Source: a bacterium
Lineage (GTDB): Bacteria; Patescibacteriota; Saccharimonadia; UBA4664
Direction: 5' to 3'
NCBI GenBank assembly: GCA_016699105.1
Contig: CP064960.1
Location: forward strand, 1,138,715-1,202,714
DNA: 64,000 nt
Below, piece by piece: positions 19,708 through 28,057 of this stretch. The notes below the pieces were generated by a model. The model had not been told where the DNA came from. It made no database searches and saw only the letters and a program-made list of their open reading frames with translations. Each line of letters opens with the position of its first letter. The first letter of the stretch is position 1. Position numbers and translations under genes: made by a program.

Positions 19708-20707
19708 ACCGTTGGCGTAGCAGCTGTGACTGAAACCGGGTGCAAAATCTGGTCGACTGTGACAAATGTGTAACCGGCGGCTTTCGCTCGCGCGATGATG
19801 TCACGTGTCAGTTTGACCGTATTTGCTCGATCGCCACCAGAGTCGTGCATGACAATCATAGCCGGTTGACCGTCGAGACGAAGATCACCTGGCGATGCAG
19901 TCTGACCGTATTCCGTGTAATCATGAGTATCATACGTAAAACTGATTTGCGGCGTGCCTAGCTGTTGGGCGAGGGCAATACCCGCCACACTACGGATACT
20001 TGAGAGTCAACGTCTTCACCAGTGTAGGGCAGGCGAAATGCCGTAGTCTTTCCGCCCTGATTGGCAATTACGCGCGTAGCACTGATGAGCTGTTGGCGAA
20101 CGAAATCGGGCTTCAATGTCGAAACGTCTGAAACGTCGGCGTGGCTCATCGTGTGATTTCCCACACTGTGATTCTTAATCATGCGTTGGAAAACTGACGG
20201 TTGTGCTTGGACGTTTTCACCGACGACAAAGAATGTACCCTTGACGTTATTGCGCTCTAGCTCGTCCATAATCTGATTCGACCACACCGGGTGAGGCCCA
20301 TCATCATAGGTGAGAGCAATGGTTTTTGGAGCCATCGTCAGATGACGGTCTACCGCATAGCGACAACCTTGTGTTGCATGCTTTTCTAACGTGGTAAGCT
20401 CGCGGACAGGAAACTTGGTGAAAGGATCAGTGGCAATGCCATTAGCGCCGATCTCCAAGACTCTACGAGCGATTCCATTTGGAACTCCAATTACCGGCGG
20501 AACTTCACAGGCCCAGTATTCCTGGGCAACCTGTGCTGGGTAGTCGGCGGCCGCATTATGCTCAGGTAAATATGACGGGGTGGCCATAGCTCGCCAGGCG
20601 GTGAGCAATAGTACGACTACAATTGCGACAATACCTAAAATAGCGGCGAAGGGTGTGATCCGAAATCGTTCAGTACCAAAGACCTGGGAGTCTTTCATGC
20701 GGAGCAT
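19638..20707 (-). CDS. Polysaccharide deacetylase (CE4/NodB, PgaB/IcaB-like), frameshifted near 19975-19985
   Basis: ORF 19958..20707 has an N-terminal TM plus NodB motifs (TFFVVG, GNHTMSH). ORF 19638..19988 in another frame gives the C-terminal part (IVMHDSGGDR...GYTFVTVDQI). Confidence 0.7.
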
Positions 20708-20799
20708 CCTCTCGGAGCAGAGATGTCGGAGAACTAACCGGGATTTGTAACCCCGGTCAAATTAGTACTTTAAACTAATTACACGTGTTGGTCAAATAA

Positions 20800-21438
20800 T
20801 CAACTTAAGCCTTCAGCAATAGCTTCCATGGCCACAAACGCAATTTCGGGATCTTTGGCATCATGAATAAAACTACCCACATCCAAGACATCGGCACCGG
20901 CTTCGATGGCCAAGCTGGCAGTAGTTTGGTTGAGTCCCCCATCGACGGCAATTTCGAGATTGGGGTTGATGGCACGGGCTTGGGCAATTTTTTCGAGACA
21001 ATCGGCGCGGAATTCGCCGCCATTGTGTCCCAGTTGACCAGTAAAAACAACCAGATGGTTGATATCTTGGAGCACAGAAGCAGCTTGATCAATGGTGGTT
21101 TCGGTATTTATAGCGAGCCCCACTTTGATATCAACGCGACGCAAATCTTTGAAAAATTCAGCCCGGGCACAGGGCGCTTCAAAATGAACAATCACGAGTT
21201 GAGGCATAAGGGCGCAAATATTCTCGAAGTGACCTTCAGGGTGGTTCATCATGAGGTGTAAATCGAATGGTACGCCATCAATGTCGTATACCTGGCTTAA
21301 GCCGACGGTGCGGACATCAGTGAAAACGCCATCACCGACGTCAATGTGCAGGCGTTTAGCTAGGCCTTTGACATTGCCAATGCGCCGGGCATAGTCGGCA
21401 GGGTCTGTGGCGTTGATGGTGGGTGCGAGAATAGGCAT
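20800..21438 (-). CDS. rpe: Ribulose-phosphate 3-epimerase
   Basis: 212 aa TIM-barrel enzyme. LHIDVGDGVF and VDGGLN are consistent with Rpe. Confidence 0.8.
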   Translation of the reverse strand: MPILAPTINATDPADYARRIGNVKGLAKRLHIDVGDGVFTDVRTVGLSQVYDIDGVPFDLHLMMNHPEGHFENICALMPQLVIVHFEAPCARAEFFKDLRRVDIKVGLAINTETTIDQAASVLQDINHLVVFTGQLGHNGGEFRADCLEKIAQARAINPNLEIAVDGGLNQTTASLAIEAGADVLDVGSFIHDAKDPEIAFVAMEAIAEGLS

Positions 21439-21456
21439 TTATTTAACCTCGTAAAA

Positions 21457-21816
21457 TCATTTGTTTAGTATCAAAAGCATTAAATGTATAAATTCATAAA
21501 CGTAATAACATATGACTACAGCAGCTAAAATGACTAGTATTATGCGCATTTCTCGGGAGAAGTTTGGTTTAGCTGTGTAGCGCTGACCAGTCCGCGTTTT
21601 GACAAATTTCTGTAAAAATAATATTCCGTCATAAACTAATATGATATTGACATATGCAGCCAAAAACCACATTGGCGGATTGGCCATAAGTAAAAGCGTA
21701 AATACGACGCAGCCATCCGAATCTTTGCAGGTTGTCATCATGAAAAATAGATAGCCAATAACGAGCAATCCGATCGCCGCAACAATATTTGCGATGACTA
21801 AGGCTATTTTCTTCAA
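21457..21816 (-). CDS. Small membrane protein, hypothetical
   Basis: 119 aa with three hydrophobic helices. Confidence 0.4.
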   Translation of the reverse strand: MKKIALVIANIVAAIGLLVIGYLFFMMTTCKDSDGCVVFTLLLMANPPMWFLAAYVNIILVYDGILFLQKFVKTRTGQRYTAKPNFSREMRIILVILAAVVICYYVYEFIHLMLLILNK

Positions 21817-21835
21817 CTATTTGCCGTCAATGAGT

Positions 21836-22282
21836 TTAGCCATACAGCTGCTCCAATTCATCAAGGCGCCGTTGGTATTTGGGATCCGATTTGAAATGAG
21901 TCTCGATGAACGTATCCAATATGGAAACAGCATCTTCATCTGAGATAAAACGCGAGGGCAGCACCAATACATTGGCATTGTCGTCGGCGCGGGCACTAGT
22001 GGCGGTTTCTTCGGACCAAGCGAGGGCTGCCCGCACACCATTGACTCGATTGGCTGCCATACTCATTCCCTGCCCTGATCCGCAAATCAGTAATCCCAGA
22101 TCATCATCTTCTCCACCCAAAATACGGCTAGCGACGGCATAAGCGAAGCGAGGGTAATCGTCATCGGCGTCGAGGTTTTGGGCGCCACAGTCTAGTACAT
22201 TATGGCCCTGGTGAACCAGATGTTCACTGAGCATGGTCTTGAGCCGGAAACCTGCATGGTCAGCACCGAGATAGATGGTCAT
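21836..22282 (-). CDS. rpiB: Ribose-5-phosphate isomerase B
   Basis: MTIYLGADHAGFRLK...LLICGSGQGMSMAANR is the RpiB/LacAB signature. The ATG at 22282 overlaps the gap stop. Confidence 0.85.
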   Translation of the reverse strand: MTIYLGADHAGFRLKTMLSEHLVHQGHNVLDCGAQNLDADDDYPRFAYAVASRILGGEDDDLGLLICGSGQGMSMAANRVNGVRAALAWSEETATSARADDNANVLVLPSRFISDEDAVSILDTFIETHFKSDPKYQRRLDELEQLYG

Positions 22283-23292
22283 TCTGAAATTGTTTTCCCG
22301 ACATTCATAACCATCTCGACTAAGCGGTTGGAGTAGCCCCACTCATTGTCATACCAAGCGACGACTTTGAGTAAGTTGCCACCAACTACGTTGGTGAGTG
22401 ACAAATCGACGATTGAGCTATGAGGGTTGCCAATGAAATCGCTTGATACCAGCGGCTCGGAAGTGACGTCTAAAATACCAAGGAGTTTTTCGGATTTGGC
22501 AGCGGTTTTGATGGCCTCATTAACTTCTTCAATAGTGACATCTTTGCTGGTAACGAACGTGAAATCTGATAGTGATACTACCGGGGTAGGGACACGGATA
22601 CTCAAGCCGTCAAACTTGTCTTTGAGGGCCGGAAAAGCTTTGGCGGCAGCGGTAGCGGCGCCAGTGGTGGTAGGCACAATATTTTCAGCGGCATTGCGGC
22701 CTTCACGGAGATCTTTAGCGGGAGCATCTTGCAAAGCTTGGCTGGCAGTGTAGGAATGGACGGTAGTCATCATGGCTTTTTCGATGCCGAAGTTTTCCTG
22801 AATAACGACAGCTACCGGCGTAATACAGTTGGTGGTACAGGAGGCATTTGAGACTACTGTGTCGGTGGCGGCTAGATCGTTTTCATTGACTCCAATCACA
22901 AAGGTGCCAGCACCCTCGCCTTTGGCGGGGCCAGATATAACGACGCGCTTGGCGCCAGCTTTGAGGTGCAAGCCAGCGTCTTCGGCTTTGGTAAAACGGC
23001 CGGTGGATTCAATGACGATATCAACGCCTAGGTCGCCCCAGGGCAAAGCGGCCGGGTCTTTTTCGGCGGTTACTTTGACGGGCTTGCCACCGATGATGAT
23101 GTGGTCGGCATCAAATGTCACAGTCTCATGGTAGGTGCCATAGTTAGAGGCGTGCTTAAGTAAATATGCCAGTGTCTCGGTACTTGTGAGGTCATTGATA
23201 GCAACTACCTCGAGCTCGGGATGGCTACGGGCTATCTTGAAAGCGCTGCGGCCGATGCGGCCGAATCCGTTGATGGCGACTTTGTACGTCAT
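22279..23292 (-). CDS. gap: Glyceraldehyde-3-phosphate dehydrogenase
   Basis: MTYKVAINGFGRIGR at the N-terminus and the catalytic SNASCTTNC. The start is taken at MTYK, the internal Met of the longer track ORF. Confidence 0.95.
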   Translation of the reverse strand: MTYKVAINGFGRIGRSAFKIARSHPELEVVAINDLTSTETLAYLLKHASNYGTYHETVTFDADHIIIGGKPVKVTAEKDPAALPWGDLGVDIVIESTGRFTKAEDAGLHLKAGAKRVVISGPAKGEGAGTFVIGVNENDLAATDTVVSNASCTTNCITPVAVVIQENFGIEKAMMTTVHSYTASQALQDAPAKDLREGRNAAENIVPTTTGAATAAAKAFPALKDKFDGLSIRVPTPVVSLSDFTFVTSKDVTIEEVNEAIKTAAKSEKLLGILDVTSEPLVSSDFIGNPHSSIVDLSLTNVVGGNLLKVVAWYDNEWGYSNRLVEMVMNVGKTISE

Positions 23293-23381
23293 AAAATAAA
23301 GGCTCCTGAAGTGGTTATGCTTTAGTATTAGTGTATAAGCTTTAGAGGGTGTAGGCAATGGCTACGATTTCTGGTATACTG

Positions 23382-23390
23382 CCGGCCACG
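23382..23390 (+). promoter_or_regulatory. Possible extended -10 element (TGGTATACT) ahead of the small-ORF operon
   Basis: TGnTATACT matches the extended -10 consensus. It lies about 40 nt upstream of the first small-ORF ribosome-binding site. Pattern match only. Confidence 0.3.
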
Positions 23391-23428
23391 CAGTACTGTT
23401 TTGTACCTACTGACAGAATGGAGTACCA

Positions 23429-23567
23429 AATGTGTCCGCGTGAGCGATTGACATGGGCGGAATATATCGCCGCAACGCCCGATCCTGATACTCAAGCTGC
23501 AAACGAGCCGCAAATCTCACAGTATCCAAAGGATGACCGCGATCTCGACCCAAAGAGTGAGCACTGA
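23429..23567 (+). CDS. Small acidic protein (45 aa), first gene of a small-ORF operon
   Basis: ATG with GGAG 7 nt upstream. Sequence MCPRERLTWAEYIAATPDPDTQAANEPQISQYPKDDRDLDPKSEH. Its stop overlaps the next start (TGACATG). Confidence 0.35.
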
Positions 23568-23568
23568 C

Positions 23569-23730
23569 ATGATTCGTCGTAGATTCAGTAGTAGAGATCC
23601 ATTGGCGGGAAAAACGAAGAATGAACGGTCAAGAATCGGTCGCAAGTCCTGGGATACTCGCCGAGCTAACGAAGATGCGCGCGATCGACGCGATGCTGAG
23701 CGCGAACGAGATGACAAGAAGGAGCGCTGA
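23569..23730 (+). CDS. Small highly charged protein (53 aa), 'MIRR...DPL' family member 1
   Basis: MIRRRFSSRDPLAGKTKNERSRIGRKSWDTRRANEDARDRRDAERERDDKKER. The stop overlaps the next start through the same GCTGACATGATTNGTCG junction. Confidence 0.4.
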   Translation: MIRRRFSSRDPLAGKTKNERSRIGRKSWDTRRANEDARDRRDAERERDDKKER

Positions 23731-23731
23731 C

Positions 23732-23770
23732 ATGATTGGTCGCGGTGGTAACAACCACAAGCGGAAATAA
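23732..23770 (+). CDS. Tiny ORF (12 aa) at the end of the small-ORF operon
   Basis: MIGRGGNNHKRK, coupled through the repeated TGACATGATT junction. It may be a coupling artefact rather than a real product. Confidence 0.2.
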   Translation: MIGRGGNNHKRK

Positions 23771-23785
23771 CACCACAGCGCCGCC

Positions 23786-23824
23786 ATGTGCTTCCGGGGA
23801 TGATCCCCGGAAGCACATTTTATT
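23786..23824 (+). terminator. Rho-independent terminator
   Basis: A perfect 14-bp stem (atgtgcttccgggg / ccccggaagcacat) followed by TTTTATT. Confidence 0.7.
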
Positions 23825-23840
23825 ATTACTGATTTGAAAA

Positions 23841-23871
23841 GGACTCCTGGGGCAAGACGCCCCAGGAGTCC
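23841..23871 (-). terminator. Hairpin terminator for the convergent minus-strand small genes
   Basis: A perfect 13-bp stem (ggactcctggggc / gccccaggagtcc) with a T-run on the minus strand. Confidence 0.55.
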
Positions 23872-23916
23872 CGGTAGTGCGATCAGATCAGGTCTTGGGT
23901 CGACGACCTTTCTTTC

Positions 23917-24075
23917 TCAGATCCCCTGAAGCCGTCGCCAGGCTCCATATCTCTCATTCGGATCTGACGACTCGTCCGCCAAGATAATGTCGTCAGCCTC
24001 GCTGTCTTTCTCGGTGCGATCCCGCTCCCATACACCATTTTCGTTCTTGAACCATTGTCCGCTCCTGCGACCCAT
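23917..24075 (-). CDS. Small protein (52 aa), hypothetical
   Basis: ATG with a strong GGGAGGTG ribosome-binding site 8 nt upstream. Sequence MGRRSGQWFKNENGVWERDRTEKDSEADDIILADESSDPNERYGAWRRLQGI. Absent from the ORF track because it is under 60 aa. Confidence 0.4.
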   Translation of the reverse strand: MGRRSGQWFKNENGVWERDRTEKDSEADDIILADESSDPNERYGAWRRLQGI

Positions 24076-24237
24076 GCTTATTCACCTCCCTCATCTTTAC
24101 GGGTGCTCCTGTACTTTCAGTTAGTACACAGTGGTAGCCCCGGCGGCAATTCCCGCTCGCGCTCGTCATTGCAAGCGGTACACCCCACGATCCTGAATAT
24201 TCGCTGCTGGTGTTTTTCGCAGTACCGCGCCATGGAG

Positions 24238-24309
24238 CTAGCGGCCCTTACGCTTGGGGCGGGTGGTCTTGCGCGGGCTTTTCTTGTCTGGATTTCGTGT
24301 ACCAAACAT
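24238..24309 (-). CDS. Tiny very basic peptide (23 aa)
   Basis: ATG with AGAGGAG 6 nt upstream. Sequence MFGTRNPDKKSPRKTTRPKRKGR. It sits immediately upstream of the 52-aa gene. Confidence 0.25.
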   Translation of the reverse strand: MFGTRNPDKKSPRKTTRPKRKGR

Positions 24310-24476
24310 GGTTTGCTCCTCTGCTATTGCGTACTCATTAGTACGCTGAGTTTGAGGCGGCCACCTCAAGCTTCTCTCTATTTACCGTTCTTACATGAAT
24401 CGCGGTGACGCTGTAGCCTTTTCCGCACCGCCGCCTGGTCGCGAATTGCTTCCTAGGTGGTGTCGTCACTACGTCG

Positions 24477-24692
24477 TTAAGCTTTCTGAGCGTCGCGACC
24501 AGGTTCGTAGTTGCGAGTGCGCATTCTAGTTACCCCCACGCTTTTAGGATCCTTACGGCGCTTATTGATTTCCCTATGAAGCGCGTCGTCGTCGAGCTTT
24601 TCGCGTTCCGAACGCGGATTCTTCTTCAGCCGATCCAATCGATCCTGTGCTCTGTCAAGCGGATCCTCGTCTTTTTCCTTGCGTCTAATCAT
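24477..24692 (-). CDS. Small highly charged protein (71 aa), 'MIRR...DPL' family member 2
   Basis: MIRRKEKDEDPLDRAQDRLDRLKK... shares MIRR-x5-DPL and its composition with the plus-strand 53-aa ORF. AAGGGAAG lies upstream. Confidence 0.4.
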   Translation of the reverse strand: MIRRKEKDEDPLDRAQDRLDRLKKNPRSEREKLDDDALHREINKRRKDPKSVGVTRMRTRNYEPGRDAQKA

Positions 24693-24824
24693 GCTGATAC
24701 TTCCCTTCTTGGGGGTGTTTATCCTCTACGGCGATTGCTCATTTTTACTTGAGCATCGCGCAATCTGGCTTCGGCTTGCTCGAGCTCAAGCGCATGATGC
24801 TCTCCTTCTGGGTTGGATTTGCGC

Positions 24825-24996
24825 TACTTATTGCGTCGGCCTTTCTTGTTCTGTGCTTCTCGATACGCGGCGTTGGCCTGATCGACATTCGACTGTGTGC
24901 GAGGCTGGTCGGCCGGGTTGTCATTGTTGATGTGCTCAACGCCAGCTTCGATCACCTTACGTCGAGCATCCCAAACGGCTTTTCGTCTACACCAAT
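24825..24996 (-). CDS. Small basic protein (about 57 aa), hypothetical
   Basis: A TTG start 5 nt after a perfect TAAGGAGGTG ribosome-binding site. The C-terminus is R/K-rich. Confidence 0.3.
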
Positions 24997-25203
24997 TCGC
25001 CAATTTAACACCTCCTTAGAATGGCTAGCCTATGGCGTCAACGATGCCAATGATGGCATCAAAGAACATAAAAACCCCGGTCACGAGCGATACCAGAAGA
25101 TGGAACAAGCCTAAGGCGATATTGGCTGACTCCACGGGCGTAGCTGTGACCGCACGGAAGAGGAACAAACCGAGTAAGACGACGCCTGTTCGACGCAGTA
25201 CAG

Positions 25204-26190
25204 TCACAGCTCATCAATTCTTTCGGTACGCTGCCGCGCAGCTATCTCCTCCAAGAGTTCTCGGATAGCGCGTAGATGATCCGTCTGTATGCCGTGATTT
25301 TGTTCAAATCTGACTCGAATATCGTCTAGCAATAACCGCAACTGGGTAGGATACTGAACGAATTTGAGGTCAATCATCGCGATTGAACTTTCTTTGCCAA
25401 GCAACGTCACTGTACCCGGCCAGAACCATGGCGGAACGCGTCGGAACAACCGCTCCAAGAATACGTTGCCATAGGGGCCACCGATGCATCTGCCAAATGA
25501 AGCATCCTCTTCGGTTGTCCATTTGGACTTAAAGGGCTTTGACTTGTACATAAACCCGTGGGCAAACACGATTCGCGCTGATAGCAGGCGGTGCAGGTAG
25601 ATCCCTGCCAGTACAGTAGATGCGACGCTCTGATACACCAGCCAGCTAATGAACCAGATCCAGTTTAGTCCTGTGACCATCACCACAGAAGTCAGGATAA
25701 GGTCCAGCAAGACTAAACCAATGGCAGCAAGCCAAAATATGAATGGCGAATATGTGGCAGCGTAGCCTTCATACTCGTTCATGTCGCATAGGCGCTTGGG
25801 TTCGCGGGTGCGGCCCAAAGTCGGAATTCCTGCTGTCACTACCTCGTGGCTACCCGCGATCGGATAGTAGGGGGAGTCGTACAGAAACCCATGCAGGAAC
25901 CGAGTAGCAGCATTCAAACCATAATGGGTCGGCTGCCGAAAGCGGCGATTTCCACTTGGTCGATTGGCCGGCCGTCGGGGGCGTTGAGGGCGCCTATTCC
26001 GCTGCCGCCACCAGCGTCGCACCCACCCTGTGATTTGACGATGGTAATCCATTTGGAAAAACGGGATGTGTGACATGAAATAGTACGCCACGGCGGTGCC
26101 GGCAAGAATGAGACACCAATTGATGAAGGTTGTCATAGGTACCCCCAATCTGCAGAATCGTTGGATTGCACTAAAATGGGATTGTAACAT
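25204..26190 (-). CDS. Membrane protein, hypothetical
   Basis: 328 aa with several TM helices and an Arg/Pro-rich loop. No family recognised. Confidence 0.5.
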   Translation of the reverse strand: MLQSHFSAIQRFCRLGVPMTTFINWCLILAGTAVAYYFMSHIPFFQMDYHRQITGWVRRWWRQRNRRPQRPRRPANRPSGNRRFRQPTHYGLNAATRFLHGFLYDSPYYPIAGSHEVVTAGIPTLGRTREPKRLCDMNEYEGYAATYSPFIFWLAAIGLVLLDLILTSVVMVTGLNWIWFISWLVYQSVASTVLAGIYLHRLLSARIVFAHGFMYKSKPFKSKWTTEEDASFGRCIGGPYGNVFLERLFRRVPPWFWPGTVTLLGKESSIAMIDLKFVQYPTQLRLLLDDIRVRFEQNHGIQTDHLRAIRELLEEIAARQRTERIDEL

Positions 26191-26267
26191 TCTACTACTC
26201 TTATTGCTTTAAGTAAAATGTAATTGCATATAATTACGTATCTGCAGCCGCGAAGTACAACCAAAAT

Positions 26268-26295
26268 GGCTCCTGGGGAGATTTCCCCAGGAGCC
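26268..26295 (-). terminator. Hairpin terminator-like element, related in sequence to the hairpin at 23841
   Basis: A perfect 12-bp stem (ggctcctgggga / tccccaggagcc) with a 4-nt loop and a T-run on the minus strand. It shares the core CTCCTGGGG. Confidence 0.45.
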
Positions 26296-26476
26296 ATTAC
26301 CTTGCATGTCGCCGTTACTTCTGGCCACGTTCACCTTTGGTGCGCTTGTTGCGATGACCTGGTCGGCCTCTTGGCTAGTTCTTGCCTTCAGCGCTACCAT
26401 CTTTGGAGGAATTGGCGCAACCGCAGGTTGGGTATGTTCGTTGTAACATTGCTTCACTCTTTTCGCGTGTTGGTCA

Positions 26477-26695
26477 TTAGTCCCTGTACTCAGGCATAAA
26501 AGCTTCATCGGGATTTCTGTCACAGTGATCGCGCTTGAATGCATTACCCGGGAAAGCGTAGTCTTCTTGGGCATTTTTAGCCGCTCCCTCGCCGCGCATA
26601 GGCTTTCGGCCGTGCATACGCTGGCGAACTTTCGCTTTTACTTTGTCGTCTTCAATCCATTGCTCTTTTGGGGGCTTGTTTTGGCCGAAGCTCAC
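26477..26695 (-). CDS. Small charged protein (72 aa), hypothetical
   Basis: GTG start with AAGGAG 7 nt upstream. Sequence MSFGQNKPPKEQWIEDDKVKAKVRQRMHGRKPMRGEG.... Confidence 0.45.
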   Translation of the reverse strand: MSFGQNKPPKEQWIEDDKVKAKVRQRMHGRKPMRGEGAAKNAQEDYAFPGNAFKRDHCDRNPDEAFMPEYRD

Positions 26696-26724
26696 GGCTT
26701 ACTCCTTATCGGAAGTAGGATTAA

Positions 26725-27354
26725 CTATTTTCTGATTTCGGCTAATGGAACGAATTCATCTCTCAGATTGACGAACCATTTGAACTGGCGGACATTTTGC
26801 CAGCCGAAGGCGATGGCTAATACGGTCGTAGGTGCCAGGATCACGCAGGCAAATGTATTCGCAAAAGACCAATGAGGCAGTACAAGGGGTAGCCAGAGTA
26901 CAAAGCAGCCGGCAGCAAAATCATTCGCTGTATGAAGTTTGATTACCCATTCGGGCTCGCACCACATCGACGGAGTCTCTTGGCGATTTTGAAGCGCTCG
27001 GTAGATCAAGGTTGTTCGCCTGAGGATGATTGAGCGCAGCAGCCAAACCGACCATTGAACTAAAGCGATGACAAAGATAGTCATCCAATTGTTGAATAAC
27101 GCCATAACGAGGGCGCTGTAGCACAACGAGTAACGGCAGATGAGATCGGCTCGGGAATCAAGCCAATCGCCATAGTTGCTTGTCGTGCCAGTGTACCGTG
27201 CCCAAGCTCCGTCAAAGAAATCGGTTAGTAAACAGATTGAAATTAGTGTTAAGGCCACCATTTGCACGATACGACATTGAGCCAACTCACCCAAAACCGC
27301 GAGCGGTGCCCAGGCGACGATGCTCATTCGAAACCGGGAAAGTTGATTCGCCAT
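26725..27354 (-). CDS. CDP-alcohol phosphatidyltransferase family protein
   Basis: The D-G-x2-A-R...G-x3-D-x3-D motif is present (DFFDGAWARYTGTTSNYGDWLDSRAD). Several TM helices. Confidence 0.7.
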   Translation of the reverse strand: MANQLSRFRMSIVAWAPLAVLGELAQCRIVQMVALTLISICLLTDFFDGAWARYTGTTSNYGDWLDSRADLICRYSLCYSALVMALFNNWMTIFVIALVQWSVWLLRSIILRRTTLIYRALQNRQETPSMWCEPEWVIKLHTANDFAAGCFVLWLPLVLPHWSFANTFACVILAPTTVLAIAFGWQNVRQFKWFVNLRDEFVPLAEIRK

Positions 27355-27506
27355 CTAGTTCGACCGACTTTTGCAAGCCTGGTTGCCTGCAGGCATGGTT
27401 CTCATTGTTTGGAAACCACCCTATCTAGTGGGGTTGTGAACATGTGCGACCGGAAACTTGCCCCGGCTTGGTGCGATAATGGACTGCTAGCCCTACATTG
27501 TCAAGA

Positions 27507-28034
27507 CTAGCTGACGGTTTCGTCGGCGCGCTGAATACACTCCTGGATTATCGCTTCAGCGGCGGAGGTATCTCCCCAACCCTGAACATTGGTGGTGCCG
27601 GGCTTCTTGAGATCTTTGTAGTGGGCGAAATGATGAGCTACTTGATTTTTCCAGGCCTCGCCGAGGTCATCGAGGTTCTTAATCGCATCCCCTGTCGAGC
27701 GATCGTCAGCAGGTACGACCACAACTTTGTGATCCATTTCACCATCATCTTCGAAGTTTAAAACGCCAATGACGCGGCCTTCGACCAGTACACCCATGGG
27801 AATTGGCTCGGGCGACACAATCAGAGTGTCGAGCGGGTCACCGTCCTCGTCGAGGGTACCAGGTATGTAGCCATAGTTGACGGGCTTAGCAAAAATGCCC
27901 GGCTCAACCCGGTCGAGCATAAATAGTTCGCGCTTGACATCCCACTCTATCTTAAGCTGCGAGCCTTGGCTTATTTCAACAATAGTATTAACGGTCTGGT
28001 CTTCCTGGCTGGTCCAGGGTGTAAGTGCGGTCAT
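27507..28034 (-). CDS. ppa: Inorganic pyrophosphatase
   Basis: Family I PPase signatures: EISQGSQLKIEWD and DGDPLDTLIV. Confidence 0.9.
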   Translation of the reverse strand: MTALTPWTSQEDQTVNTIVEISQGSQLKIEWDVKRELFMLDRVEPGIFAKPVNYGYIPGTLDEDGDPLDTLIVSPEPIPMGVLVEGRVIGVLNFEDDGEMDHKVVVVPADDRSTGDAIKNLDDLGEAWKNQVAHHFAHYKDLKKPGTTNVQGWGDTSAAEAIIQECIQRADETVS

Positions 28035-28057
28035 GAGGGATATCTCCGAGAAATTAA

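Noticed and set aside
24055-24408. The 117-aa plus-strand ORF across the small-ORF region
   Set aside because: No ribosome-binding site and the composition is not protein-like. It overlaps two minus-strand tiny ORFs that do have strong Shine-Dalgarno sequences and terminators. It is more likely non-coding on this strand.
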